A stretch of DNA of 64,000 bases from Eledone cirrhosa (taxonomy: Eukaryota), in assembly GCA_964016885.1 (NCBI GenBank), contig OZ024747.1, positions 54,622,001-54,686,000 of the forward strand, in the 5' to 3' direction. Position numbers and translations under genes: made by a program. The notes under the pieces were generated by a model, which saw only the letters and a program-made list of their open reading frames with translations, made no database searches and was not told the DNA's origin. Below are positions 12,286-27,454 of this stretch, piece after piece; the stretch's first letter is position 1, and every line of letters begins with the position of its first letter.

Positions 12286-14047
12286 ATGGACTATCTTAAA
12301 ACCACATGGCGTCAACAGCAATTGGTATCTTGATTGTTAGCTAAACACCCAATCCAGTAAGCTACAGATCTTCACTTACACTCACACACACACACATATA
12401 TATATAATATATATATACATCATTGCAATGAGACAAAAACATTAAATACTTAATCTATGCAATAGATAATTCGGCAAGTATGTCCGTTAATATCAAAAGC
12501 CCATGAAAGATGTAATAAGTAGACGAATCGTTCAATTATAAGGAAAACGTAATTTCGTACTTTAAGTTTGTCAGTGAATATTAAGGGACTGTTGGATTAT
12601 CCTAGTTACTACGATGGCTGCTAAAACCAAACTGGTGCCATCTCAACTGGGACTTGTATTCCCAATCCCATGGTTGGTGATGTCCCTTGCAACCGCTGCA
12701 CATAACCCTTTATCCTTCTTAGCCCTTTGTGGAAATTTCCTTTGTGTTGAGTCATGTCATCACAAGAACAATATTTCAGATTCTGGATTTTCGGATAAGG
12801 GATTCTTAACCCATCGAAACATTCCTATTATCAAATAAGACACAGACAATTCTATTTTCCCGGAAAGAATCCGGACCAAGAATAACATTAAAAGAAAAAA
12901 AACATCCGTGATAAGAAAGATGTAACTAAGTAAAAGCTATTAAAATAACGTGCACGGGACAGGAGAACTTGAAAAGCTAATGCAAATGACTTATGCTCGG
13001 CAGCGAGTTGAAAAGCTGAAGAAAGACCCTTTAATCTCTTACTGTTCACAGGGGATACAATTTATGACACTCACTGTATTTTACCAGAGCAGATCTGAAA
13101 GATGTGCAAACGTTTTCAGCACAAGAAAGTGCTCATTTCGATGATGGAATTGTTATAGCTTAAGGGTGTATTAACAAATCGTAATATAGTACTTAAAGAA
13201 TTGAGATATGATTGGCGCCACTATCAAGTGCTAGCAGCTACAGTAATACCAATCAAAGCATACACGACCAAAAAATCTAATGCTGGATAAAGATTTTTTT
13301 TAGAAAAAAACTATCAGAGTGTTTTGTTAAGTTCTAAAGATATCAGAAAGTAATAGTGGAAAAATGTTTTAGATCAAGCAATGGTTGACTCTAGAGATAG
13401 TCTTTACAACATAACACTTCAACCTGCTAGACACAAAAATCCATTAAAGCAGGACCCTAAAGATGGTACTTATCATCATTAAACTGCCGAACGAGAATGA
13501 GTTAATCTTTGAAAAGCACACAAGCATGAAGTAGATGTAGGACAGAGTGAGATATAGGTAGAGTGAGAGAGAGAGAGAGTGTGTGTGAGAGAGAGAGAGA
13601 GAGTGAGAGAGAGAAAGATAAAGAGAGAGAGAGAGAGAGAGAGTGTGTGCGTGTGTTAGGGAGAGAGAATGGGAGAAAGTGAGAGAGTGTGAGAAAGACA
13701 GAGTGAGAGAATAAGAAAAAGAGCTTGTTGAAGACAGCCTCTGGTACCGGATAGGGTACAAATATATAACTCTCTGGAAATATTTGTGATATTAGTATTA
13801 TTGGTGGTGTAATTGTTGTTGTTATTGCTGATGATGGGGGGGGGGGGACTCTTGTTGTTGTTGCCAATGATGGTGGTGTTGTTGCTAATGATGGTGGTGT
13901 TGGGGCGTTTCTCTATCAGTCAACCTCTCTCTGAATATATTTCACACACTGTTTTGTTATATATTAGATATGCTGTAGTCTATTAAATATTTACCCACTC
14001 AATTAGTTAATCAAATAACATATGAAACAACCTATCTATCTATCTAC

Positions 14048-14217
<170 letters not shown>

Positions 14218-14246
14218 CACATATATATATATATACATATATAGAC

Positions 14247-14403
<157 letters not shown>

Positions 14404-14408
14404 ATATA

Positions 14409-14464
<56 letters not shown>

Positions 14465-14610
14465 TGTGTATATATCTATGTGTGTATATGATGGGGGGGG
14501 GGGCGTGATTTTCGTGCTTTCTTTTTTCTCCTTCAAAATACGTATATGTAGGCGTATATGGATGAATGCATGTATTCGCATTTATGTGTGTAAATCTATG
14601 CATATTAAAT

Positions 14611-14691
<81 letters not shown>

Positions 14692-15292
14692 TACATGTGT
14701 GTGTGTATGTGTCCATTTATATATATATATATTTAATTCATAATTATATATGTGTGCTTGTTTATATACTTGATTGTACGTATACAGTTCATACGCACAC
14801 ACGCACGCACAAACACATCCATATACACATACATAAATCTATGTAACCATCCAACCATCCATCCATCTTCTCGTAACATCTGATAGATTCGCAGGGGTCT
14901 ATCCTAGTGGAGAAAATCTAACTTTATAAAGGTAATTATTTCCAAACTCTAGTAAAATATAACGCTTAATATTGTGGGACATCAGATTTATGTATTTCGG
15001 CCTACAGTAATCCATATTCTTTTATCATTAAGATAAATCCGAAATCAATTATAAATATCTCCTAAATTATAGGTTAGAAAAGCAGTTGAGAATTAGGGGT
15101 CCGCGAACCCAAGGAGGTCTGTCAGTAAATTTTTAAAAAGTACAAGTACCACTGCAGGGGACCCAGGGGTAGAGCTAGATCAAGATGGCTTGGTCCCATC
15201 CATGAGTTTGGCTGGTCTTACTTTGGGATCCAGTCAGATCATTTGGAAAAAGTTGCTTCCTGCTAGAAGGAGTGTTTGAGGACTCTGCCCTC

Positions 15293-15383
15293 AACAACAA
15301 CAAAGAAGAAGAAGAAGAAGAAGAAGAAGAAGAAGAAGAAGAAGAAGAAGAAGAAGAAGAAGAAGAAGAAGAAGAAGAAGAAG

Positions 15384-15418
<35 letters not shown>

Positions 15419-15420
15419 GA
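15293..15420. repeat. (GAA)n-(CAA)n compound microsatellite
   Basis: Pure GAA run followed by a CAA run; explains the poly-E/poly-Q ORF. Confidence 0.95.
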
Positions 15421-16861
15421 ATACTTTGCCAGATGCACACTACTATTGAGTATTCTTTCATCTCTAAATATAAACATTCTCTACTATTCTGTTAATCCCT
15501 AATTGTTTTACTAGGCGTCTGTAATCTAAATGCAAGATTTTACGTAATTTATCAAAACTAAAATATGAACTTATTGTATATTCATCTTTAAGTATAAGCA
15601 TTTCTTCCATTTGATTGTTATTGTAACAACTAGCAGAAAACCACCTAGCATGTGTCGTGTGTATATTGATATTATACGCATGTATATATGCATGTAGATA
15701 TGATACATCAAATAAAATCGTAATTGACAATATACACAGAAATTGAACGAAGTCTATGTTACACTGTCTTATGTAATCAGTAACGTACTCTATGATACAT
15801 TAAAAAAGACGATATTATATATAAACTGTATTAGCAGAAAATTAGTGACAGAAAATTAGTATGTTTATTTAGGCGATGGCCAACCGGAAGTATTGACATT
15901 TCAGAAATTTTAAAGAAGTGAATGTTTAAATAAACAAAACATATTTAATCAAGAGCTTCGAAATTTAGTAGATAAATTATGTAAAAAATATATTCTGGAC
16001 GCAATCCCGCACTCCTTTCTTTATTATAGTTAAGATGATTCAATCTGGAAAGGGAAGTGAATGTAGCAAGAGGTATGTAAGAAAATGCATTTTAGTTAAA
16101 ACAAGTCATTGTTAGAGACATTTTAGTGTAAAAAGGAATGATTGCCATAGAATTAGAACCAGAATTTTACGTCAATTTCTTCAGGTTTGCATGAATTGGA
16201 CGAGTCATTGAGTTCCTTTCTTGAGCATTAGGCGACTGGAAGTACAAGACTCTCCTTCCATCATTATTTTCAGGTATCTTGAAATGAAGGGCTATTTTCG
16301 AGGATAAAATGCATCACCCCGTCTGATAATCGAACACATAGAAATTTGATCATGAAAGGAAAAGCATAATCACTAATCTAAGAGCATTCCTGTCTAGAGT
16401 ATGGAAGATATCGTATCGTACACCTATTCAGATGATACTAAGCATATGCGTGAGGAATATACACCTGGAAAGAACAGTCTCTTGTCAGAGCTAAAATGCA
16501 TTACTATTTACTTCATACTAATGAAAGTAAGACATAAGATCAGATGTAATGTCACTACCAGCAATACAATCTATTGTCCTTATTCTTTTGAGGAAGGGGC
16601 CACACACACAAACACACACACACGCACAGACGCATACACATTCACACACACACATATATATATATACATATGTATATGTGTGTGTGTGCGTGTGTGGATG
16701 TGTACAAAATTATACACCATTTCAATAGAATCAATGAGAGAGGAATTTTCTACCATATTAGTTATGATAATGAAGTGAACTGTCAATGGAAGAAATTAAG
16801 AAAAAAATAAAGCATCAGTGAAAGAAATGTACTTCAAAGAAAAGCCACTTTTTAGCTCCTC

Positions 16862-16934
<73 letters not shown>

Positions 16935-16948
16935 TGTGTGTGTGTGTG

Positions 16949-16991
<43 letters not shown>

Positions 16992-17319
16992 GCATAAATA
17001 TACGGACGGACATTCTGACCAGGCGTTCACTTACTCAAACGCTATACAAATAAACTTCCTCACACAAATATCATCTCATACGAAATGAAGTATGGTAAGA
17101 AAGAAAGAAGAATTCTACAACTGATAAAGAATAAGTAAATATAAAGATTCATCACCGCAACATAATCACTAGAGTACCACGGTAGGAGTAAGTAAATAGT
17201 TTCAAGAAATCACAACACAATGTAAAAATTATGATAAGAAAAAATAATAAATAAATAAATATAAAATTAAAAATGGTGGAAATGAAGAATAAAAAATGAA
17301 ACCAATATTTTACGAACGT

Positions 17320-17513
<194 letters not shown>

Positions 17514-17782
17514 TATATATATGTATATATATATGTATATATATATATATATATGTGGGTATGTGTGTGAATGTATACAAGTTTCAGCTGAAGATTGGCT
17601 AATGAAAATAAACGAAAAAAAAACATGAAATAAAAAACAAGAAGAACTTTAAAAGACTCTACGACGTTCGTAAAATGTTGGTTTCATTTTTTATTCTTCA
17701 TTTCCACCATTTTCAATTTTATATTTATATATTTATTATTTTCTTCTTATCATAATTTTTACATTGTGTTATATATATATAA

Positions 17783-17893
<111 letters not shown>

Positions 17894-17909
17894 CATACAT
17901 ATATATATA

Positions 17910-17975
<66 letters not shown>

Positions 17976-17991
17976 CATACATATATATATA

Positions 17992-18050
<59 letters not shown>

Positions 18051-18199
18051 ATATATTTACACACACGAACACATATATGTGCGTGTGTTTGTGCATATAC
18101 ATATTCATATATATATAAATAAATAAATATGTATCTATATATATATGTGTGTGTGTGTATGTATAAATATATATATATATATATACATATGAATATAAG

Positions 18200-18269
<70 letters not shown>

Positions 18270-18616
18270 CTTATATTCATATGTATATATATATATATAT
18301 ATTTATACATACACACACATATATATATATATATGTAAGTACGTGATCGTGTGTGACGGTCGCTATGAATCTAATCATCATCATTAACATCATCAATACC
18401 ACAATCACTATTGTCATACTTTTGTTGGTATTATCTTTCCTTTTGTTATTTTCTCTGTTTCTTATCAATTAACATATACAAAGACACAGGAGCGTAATTG
18501 TCATTTTGGAAATGAAAACTAATTTCTACAAATAATATACCATGTCTAGATATACATACATACATACATACATACATACATACATACATACATACATACA
18601 TGCATGCATACATACA

Positions 18617-18648
<32 letters not shown>

Positions 18649-18723
18649 CATACATACATATATACATACATACATCCATACATACATATATACATACATA
18701 CATATACATACATACATATATAC

Positions 18724-18787
<64 letters not shown>

Positions 18788-18788
18788 A

Positions 18789-18819
<31 letters not shown>

Positions 18820-18836
18820 TTTTTTTTATATATATA

Positions 18837-18878
<42 letters not shown>

Positions 18879-19323
18879 CATATATATATATATAGATATA
18901 GATATATATATATAGAATATATATATATATATATATAATATTATATATATATATATACATACATATATATATATATTTATATATATATATATAAACATAT
19001 ATATATATAAAGAGTGAGAGAGAGGGGAGAGGGTGAGAGGAAGTGAGTGTGAGATATGCAAGTGTCCGCGCACACAAGTGTACACCGCCATCCATTTGTA
19101 TACAAATATATACACATTTACATAATAAATACTTACATAGATATATACATACATATATGCATACATGCATAAATATATACATACAAGGGCGGTGCTTCAG
19201 CATGGCCTCAACCGGATGGCTTGAACAGGTAAAAGCGTAAAAGAGTATACATGCATATATACGTACATAAATACATCCATACATAAATAGATACATACAT
19301 ACATAAATACATACATACATACA

Positions 19324-19357
<34 letters not shown>

Positions 19358-19659
19358 CAGTCATATATAATCAATGAAATTATCTTTTTTTACAGTCTTC
19401 TCTCGCAATCAAATGTTCATATGAATAAAATCTTCTTTGAGAAACTTTCTTCATACGAGGTAAACAAATGTTAAAATGGTTTCAGCCTAGCTTTTTACAA
19501 AATAATTTCTTTCAAGACTACACATACACAGATATACATCAACTCCCCCCCCCCCTCATACACACACACTCAAACAGACACAAACACAGACACACACGCA
19601 TACAAATACAATGACAGACACAAATATATATATAATTACTACTACTACTACTACTGCTG

Positions 19660-19724
<65 letters not shown>

Positions 19725-19740
19725 GCTGCTACTGCTGCTG

Positions 19741-19771
<31 letters not shown>

Positions 19772-19932
19772 TACTACTAGCGTTTCGTTTATTGGCCACA
19801 ATCCTCAATATTTTTTCGTTACATTCTTTATCTTCGCCTACGCATTCTTAATTTTATTCTGTATATTATTTCTCCACCTATTATATAAAAATTGCTGGAC
19901 ATATACACCATATATATATATATATATATATA

Positions 19933-20028
<96 letters not shown>

Positions 20029-20124
20029 GCTAGTGTATATATCCAGCAATTTATATATAGTAGGTGGAGGAAAGTATAGAATAAAATTATGACTGACGAG
20101 GCGAAAATAAAGAACATTAGAGAG

Positions 20125-20350
20125 TGTAGTTAGATATTTGGTTTCATAATCGTGAGTTCGATCCCGAAACGGGTGGTACATTTTGTCCCTTACAAAGACA
20201 CTATATCACGTTGTTCCAGTTCACTCAGCTATAGAAATGAGTTGCAACGTCATTTTTACCAAGCTGTAACGGTCTTTGTCTTTCCTAGGACAAAACACTT
20301 ATCGTAGAGAGGTAAGACTGGGGTGCAAAGATGGCCGCTGGTCTTCAACA
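20125..20350 (+). mobile_element. tRNA-derived SINE (family 2-related head and core)
   Basis: B-box GAGTTCGATCCC, then TGTCCCTTACAAAGACACT...CCAGTTCACTCAGCT..AAATGAG core. Confidence 0.6.
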
Positions 20351-20402
20351 AAAATGATTTGGTACAAATCCTATGTTAATTAATGACCGAAAGAGGTTTT
20401 AG

Positions 20403-20444
<42 letters not shown>

Positions 20445-20448
<4 letters not shown>

Positions 20449-20646
20449 GAAGGAGGTGTGGTAAGAAACCAGATGGAGCATAACGCACCAGAGTACTCAA
20501 TACTTAGGGTAGTAGAGTGGGCAATAGGAATATGTTAGACCCCGACGGTAGAGCTCAAGCCGTTTCGACGGCTATTTCAGCAGTGAGTCCAGAAATAGCC
20601 GTTGAAACGGCTTGAGCTCTGCCATCGGGGTCTAACATTTTCCTAT
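20445..20646 (-). mobile_element. Fold-back short element family A, copy 2, in (TA)n
   Basis: Reverse-orientation homologue of 6811-7004; arms ~20524-20578/20592-20646. Confidence 0.8.
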
Positions 20647-20698
20647 ATATGTATATATATATATATATAGTTATGTAATAAACAACATAAGGCAATTA

Positions 20699-20759
20699 TT
20701 TCATTTACCAGTGGTTTCTTAAAAGCAAAAAAAATTTGCTTTCAATCATCAGAATGAAA
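20699..20759 (-). ncRNA. Type I hammerhead ribozyme (mirror copy)
   Basis: Reverse complement of 20774-20834 with differences only near the stem II loop. Confidence 0.8.
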
Positions 20760-20773
20760 AAAATCCAGGATGT

Positions 20774-20834
20774 TTTCATTCTGATGATTGAAAGCAAAAT
20801 TATTTTGCTTTTAAGAAACCACTGGTAAATGAAA
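20774..20834 (+). ncRNA. Type I hammerhead ribozyme
   Basis: TTTCATT-CTGATGA-TTGAAAGCAAAAttaTTTTGCTTTTAA-GAAA-CCACTGGT-A-AATGAAA; 7-bp stem I, 12-bp stem II, GUA triplet at 20825-20827. Confidence 0.85.
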
Positions 20835-21218
20835 TAATTGCCTTATGTTGTTTATTACATAACTATTAAGCTCTGTTACCTACATAGAGCACTCTTCTTT
20901 CCTGGACGTTTCCGACGGAATTACTTCATTTATATATATATATAAATCTGCGGTGCCAATTCCGGGGAGAACGCAAATTCAAATTATAGCCCTGAGATTG
21001 CTTTCGAATTTGTAGCTCTCCCCTTCTCCCTCTCTTTCTCACCATCCCTCTCTCTTTCTTTCTCTCTCTCTCTCTCTTCATCTTTATCTCTCACTCTCTC
21101 TCACTTTCTCTGTACGTATAGACCACCAACATATATGCAACTGTAGAAATGAAAACCTAAGAAAGCATCCGCTATATGGTTGTATGCATATGCATGTATA
21201 TGTCTCTATGTATGTATG

Positions 21219-21249
<31 letters not shown>

Positions 21250-21429
21250 GTATGTATGTATGTATGTATGTATGTATGTATGTATGTGTGTACGTATGTA
21301 TGTATGTATGCGTATATACATATATATTTATGAATGTATGCATGTATATATATAGAAACTTATATATACATACATATATATATAAATATATATGTGTGTG
21401 TGTTAACATATAGATATTTATATATTCAA

Positions 21430-21483
<54 letters not shown>

Positions 21484-21623
21484 CATATGTGTGTGTGTGT
21501 GATTGTGTGTATAAACATACACATATATGTATATTTATCTATAAATACATATATATATATACATATATATGTATATTTATATATAAATACATATATATAT
21601 ATACATATATATATATGTGTGTG

Positions 21624-21681
<58 letters not shown>

Positions 21682-21879
21682 GGTGTGTGCGAGTTGAACG
21701 TATCTTCTAAACTGCATGAGGAAAATTATTAAAATTGACGTGATTCAGAGATTTATTCTATCATAAAAAACAGCAACAACAGAAAATTACTGAACCATAA
21801 AGGAACATGTATCTTATTTCCATTGTATTGTCGGCCATGTTAATTTCTCTTATACACCTGCACTACACCTTTTATTTCA

Positions 21880-21996
21880 ACATCATCATAATCAATATCA
21901 CCCTCGTAGTCGTCTCACTCCGCTTCATCATCATAAACATCATCACCGTCAGCATCCACATCTTCATCAAAATAAATTCATCATCAACATCATATT

Positions 21997-22034
<38 letters not shown>

Positions 22035-22076
22035 TATCATCATCTTCGCTATCATCATTAGCATCAACATCATATT

Positions 22077-22114
<38 letters not shown>

Positions 22115-22920
22115 AATCATCATCATCATCATCACCATCATCATTATCATCATCATCATCATCATAATCATCATCATCATCTTTATCATCAACATCATTA
22201 TTATCAACATCATTATCACCTTAATTATTATCATTATCATCTTCATAATTATCAGCACCATCATCACCACCATCATCATCATCATCACCAACATCATCAT
22301 CATCATTTTCATCTTCGTCATCAGCGCCATTATCGTAATAATTGACACAATCATCAACATCACCGTTTACATCATCAACATCTTCATACACCTCATCATC
22401 ATCATCATCATCATCATCATCGTCATTGTCATTGTCGAAGACTTCATCCCTATCATAGTCGATGTCATCATCAGGAGCCCCCACAACATCACCACCATCC
22501 CCGCCACAAACTCTACCAGCACTACCACCAACACTACTATCACTAACATCGACAACAACAAGAGCAACAACAACAAAACCACCTTCAACAATACCACCAT
22601 CGCCATCACAGACACAACTCCCACCACCACCACCACAATCACCACCACCACTAACAACATACACCACCATCACCATCACAACTACCACTTCCACCACCAC
22701 CACCACCGCCACCACCACAACCACCACAACCACCACCACCACTAACAACATACCCCACCACCACCATCACAACCACCACCAGCACCAACAACAACAACAA
22801 CACCACTAACAACATACCCAACATCAACAACACCACCACCACCACCACCACCACCATCACCACTTCTACCACCACTAACAACATACACCACCATCACCAC
22901 TTCCACCACCACCTCCACCC
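21880..22920. repeat. (CAT)n grading into (CAC/CAA)n low-complexity tract
   Basis: Imperfect trinucleotide runs. Confidence 0.85.
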
Positions 22921-24780
22921 CAACAACAACTAACAACATACACCATACATCACCATCACAACCACCACTTCCGGCCCCTCACCTCCACCCCAACAACAAC
23001 TAACAACATACACCATACATCACCATCACAACCACCACTTCCACCCCATCACCTCCACCCTAACAACAACTAACAACACACACCATACATCACCACCACA
23101 ACCACCACTTCCACCCCCTCACCTCCACCCCAACAACAACTAACAACATACACCATACAACACCATCACAACCACCACTTCCACCCCATCACCTCCACCC
23201 TAACAACAACTAACAACACACACCATACATCACCACCACAACCACCACTTCGACCCCCTCACCTCCACCCCAACAACATCTAACAACATACACCATACAT
23301 CACCATCACAACCACCACTTACACCCCATCACCTCCACCCTAGCAACAACTAACAACATACACCATACATCACCACCACAACCACCACTTCCACCCTATC
23401 ACCTCCACCCCAACAACAACTAACAACATACACCATACATCACCATCACAACCACCACTTCCACCCCATCACCTCCACCCTAGCAACAACTAACAACATA
23501 CACCATACATCACCATCACAACCACCACTTCCACCCCCTCACCTCCACCCCAACAACTAACAACATACACCATACATCAACATCACAACCACCACTTCCA
23601 CCTCCTCACCTCCACCCCAACAACAACTAACAACATACACCATACATCACCATCACAACCACCACTTCCACCCCATCACCTCCACCCTAACAACAACTAA
23701 CAACACACACCATACATCACCACCACAACCACCACTTCCACCCTATCACCTCCACCCCAACAACAACTAACAACATACACCATACATCACCATCACAACC
23801 ACCACTTCCACCCCATCACCTCCACCCTAGCAACAACTAACAACATACACCATACATCACCATCACAACCACCACTTCCACCCCCTCACCTCCACCCCAA
23901 CAACTAACAACATACACCATACATCAACATCAACATCACAACCACCACATCCACCCCATCACCTCCACCCTAACAACAACTAACAAAATACACCATACAT
24001 CACCATCACAACCACCACTTCCATCCCCTCACCTCCACCCCAACAACTAACAACATACACCATACATCAACATCACAACCACCACTTCCACCCCATCACC
24101 TCCACCCCAACAACAACTAACAACATACACCATACATCACCATCACAACCACCACTTCCACCCCCTCACCTCCACCCCAACAACAACTAACAACATACAC
24201 CATACATCACCATCACAACCACCACTTCCACCTCCTCACCTCCACCCCAACAACAACTAACAACATACACCATACATCACCATCACAACCACCACTTCCA
24301 CCTCCTCACCTCCACCCCAACAACAACTAACAACATACACCATACATCACCATCACAACCACCACTTCCACCTCCTCACCTCCACCCCAACAACAACTAA
24401 CAACATACACCATACATCGCCATCACAACCACCACTTCCACCTCCTCACCTCCACCCCAACAACAACTAACAACATACACCATACATCACCATCACAACC
24501 ACCACTTCCATCTCATCACCTCCACCCCAACAACAACTAACAACATACACCATACATCACCATCACAACCACCACTTCCATCTCATCACCTCCACCCCAA
24601 CAACAACTAACAACATACACCATACATCACCATCACAACCACCACTTCCATCTCATCACCTCCACCCCAACAACAACTAACAACATACACCATACATCAC
24701 CATCACAACCACCACTTCCATCTCATCACCTCCACCCCAACAACAACTAACAACATACACCATACATCACCATCACCACC
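22921..24780. repeat. 60-bp minisatellite, ~31 copies
   Basis: Unit CAACAACAACTAACAACATACACCATACATCACCATCACAACCACCACTTCCACCCCATCACCTCCACCC-like; columns recur between lines. The literal unit is closer to 70 nt and should be measured. Confidence 0.75.
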
Positions 24781-25279
24781 ACCTCCACCACCACCATCAT
24801 CATCATCATCACCATCAACAACATCAACAACAATACCCTAACAGGCCTCAGTGCCGCCATGTATCATCAGAACTTTCATATGCATCGCCACTATAACAAT
24901 CACAATATCACTATAATGTTTTCTCTAACATGTTATTTCCCTTTGGTTATGATCTTGTTGTTATTGTTGCCGTTGTTGTTAATATTGCTGTTGTAATTGT
25001 TGTTGTTGTTGTTGTTGTTGCAGTTGTTGTTGTAATTGTTGTAGTTGTTATTGTTGTGTCATCGTTCTTGATGTTGTTTCATAATGGACGGCAACTCTCC
25101 CCGCGTGTTGTTTTGCATCGCTCCCCATCTGGTGCTTATCTACCCTTGACTTGCCCATTATTTCCACCAACCCCTTATGTACACACGCCACATAAACGCA
25201 CATACACACATATGTATAAACATATATATTTAGATATTTACACACACACACACACATATATATGTACGTATACATATAC

Positions 25280-25326
<47 letters not shown>

Positions 25327-25949
25327 CACAAACATATTTATATATATTTATATATTTATGAATATATATGTATATGCATGCGTGCTCATCTGTATTTGTT
25401 GTGTAAACCTATACATACATATGCATATAGCGTATACATGTTCATTCTAGCATACTGTCCTTGGCGGCAGGCTGCTCGCTACACACTACTACTCAATACT
25501 ACAACAAAACTACACTGCACTTCACTACACTACAGTACATCATGAAGACACCCAGCTGCGTTATCTGCCCACTTTACACCCCTTAACCACCCCTTAATCA
25601 CCCGCTAGTACAGTCAGTAGATGGCACAATGAAGAGGAAGGAGCTACAACAGTCTAATGGATCATTGGATGTTGATGTTATTTTGTGCCGTTAAAATCTA
25701 TTCCCTCCCTCGCAGGACAGTTTAATATTGACAATTAACAACTGAAATAAAATAGATTAACAAGTTGATATGAAATTCAAATTGTATTAAAATCCAATGA
25801 ATATTAATAACTGATTATGTGTGCGTTCTTCGGTGTGAAAGCAGGATAGGGAAAATACACATGCACACACATACATACACACATACACACACATAATCAC
25901 AAACACCCACACATATATACATATATACATATATATATATACATATATG

Positions 25950-25999
<50 letters not shown>

Positions 26000-26740
26000 A
26001 ACACACACACATTTATATATATATAAATATATATGTATATATATACATGAATACACATATACTGAAACACACATATACATATCAACATATATATAGAAAG
26101 ATATACATACATATAAATATATATATAATTAAAAAAAATATTAAAAAAATATAAAGACCCGCAAAAACACGCACACTTACGCAATGAAAGACGCATGCGC
26201 ACACATACTCACATACACACATATATACACTCACATTTACATAAATATATATACATGAATACATACATATACATATATATATACACACACCCACAAAAAC
26301 ATATATACATAAAAATACAAAAATATGAAATAAATTCAAAATATAAAAATATAAAAATATAAAAATATAAAAATATATAAATATAAAAATATAAAAATAT
26401 AAAAATATAAAAATATATAAATATAAAAATATAAAAATATAAAAAGAGATATAAAAAAGTATAAATAAAATGTAAAAATGTATAAAGTAAAATAAAATAA
26501 ATGAAAACATTATAGACTCATCAGCCTTGGTCTAACAATAAAATATTAACAAATATAAACATCAGCATTATAAATACAAATAAAGAAAGAAACAAAGAAT
26601 AATTATAAGGGAAGATAAATGAAGAAAAGGAGGGGAAAAAGCAACAACCGAAAAATCAAGCAAACAATAAAATGCTTTCGTTTTCACACACACTCCCCCC
26701 TCCTCTCTATCTCTCTATCTCTCTCCCACCTCTCTCTCTC

Positions 26741-26827
<87 letters not shown>

Positions 26828-26861
26828 GTATATATACAACTATATATATACAAATATATGA

Positions 26862-26894
<33 letters not shown>

Positions 26895-27250
26895 CACACA
26901 TACACACATATACATATATACATACATACATACATACACGCATACATTCATACATACATATTTACACACATACATATATACACATATACAATTAATACCC
27001 GGTAGGCAAATGAAAATGATCCCTGGAGGACTATAGAAAGGTAAAGAGATGCAATAAATGAAGGGAGTAGCAAGGGGCTGGTACAATGAACTATCGAACT
27101 TTACACTCTATCGCTTCAGGCTCGAAAATAATACAAAAATCAACTACAACAACAGCAACAACAACATAAACGACTTCAACAAATACAACAACAGCAACAA
27201 CAACAGCAATAACAGCAACAAATACAACAGCAACAACAACAAAAATAATG

Positions 27251-27452
27251 GTTTCTTATTTAGGCACAAGGCCAGCAAATTTAGGGGATTAAATCGACCT
27301 CAGTGAGTGACTGGTACTTTATTTTATTGACCCCCGTAAGGATGCAAGTCAAAGTTAACCTCGGCGAGATTTGAACTCAGATCATAAAGGGCCGTAACTC
27401 TATGCTGCAAAGCATTGCGTCTGACTCTCCACCGATACTGCCAATCCACCGC
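27251..27452 (-). mobile_element. SINE family 1, near full length
   Basis: Head GGCGGTGGATTGGCAGTATCGGTGGAG (A-box-like), B-box, body and GGCCTTGTGCC tail on the minus strand. Confidence 0.85.
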
Positions 27453-27454
27453 CC

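Larger units (their letters stand above)
20667..20930. mobile_element. Fold-back pLTR-type element (~94-bp arms) with two divergent hammerheads, in (TA)n
   Basis: Arms 20667-20760/20773-20866 are almost perfectly complementary; unique tail to ~20930; TA flanks. Confidence 0.85.

Noticed and set aside
12580-13550. Possible decayed RTE-type LINE 5' region or endonuclease
   Set aside because: Only vague resemblance; no motif could be reconstructed.
15272-15502. Poly-E/poly-Q ORF
   Set aside because: GAA/CAA microsatellite.
22921-24780. Regular array resembling CRISPR
   Set aside because: No unique spacers or cas genes; eukaryotic minisatellite.
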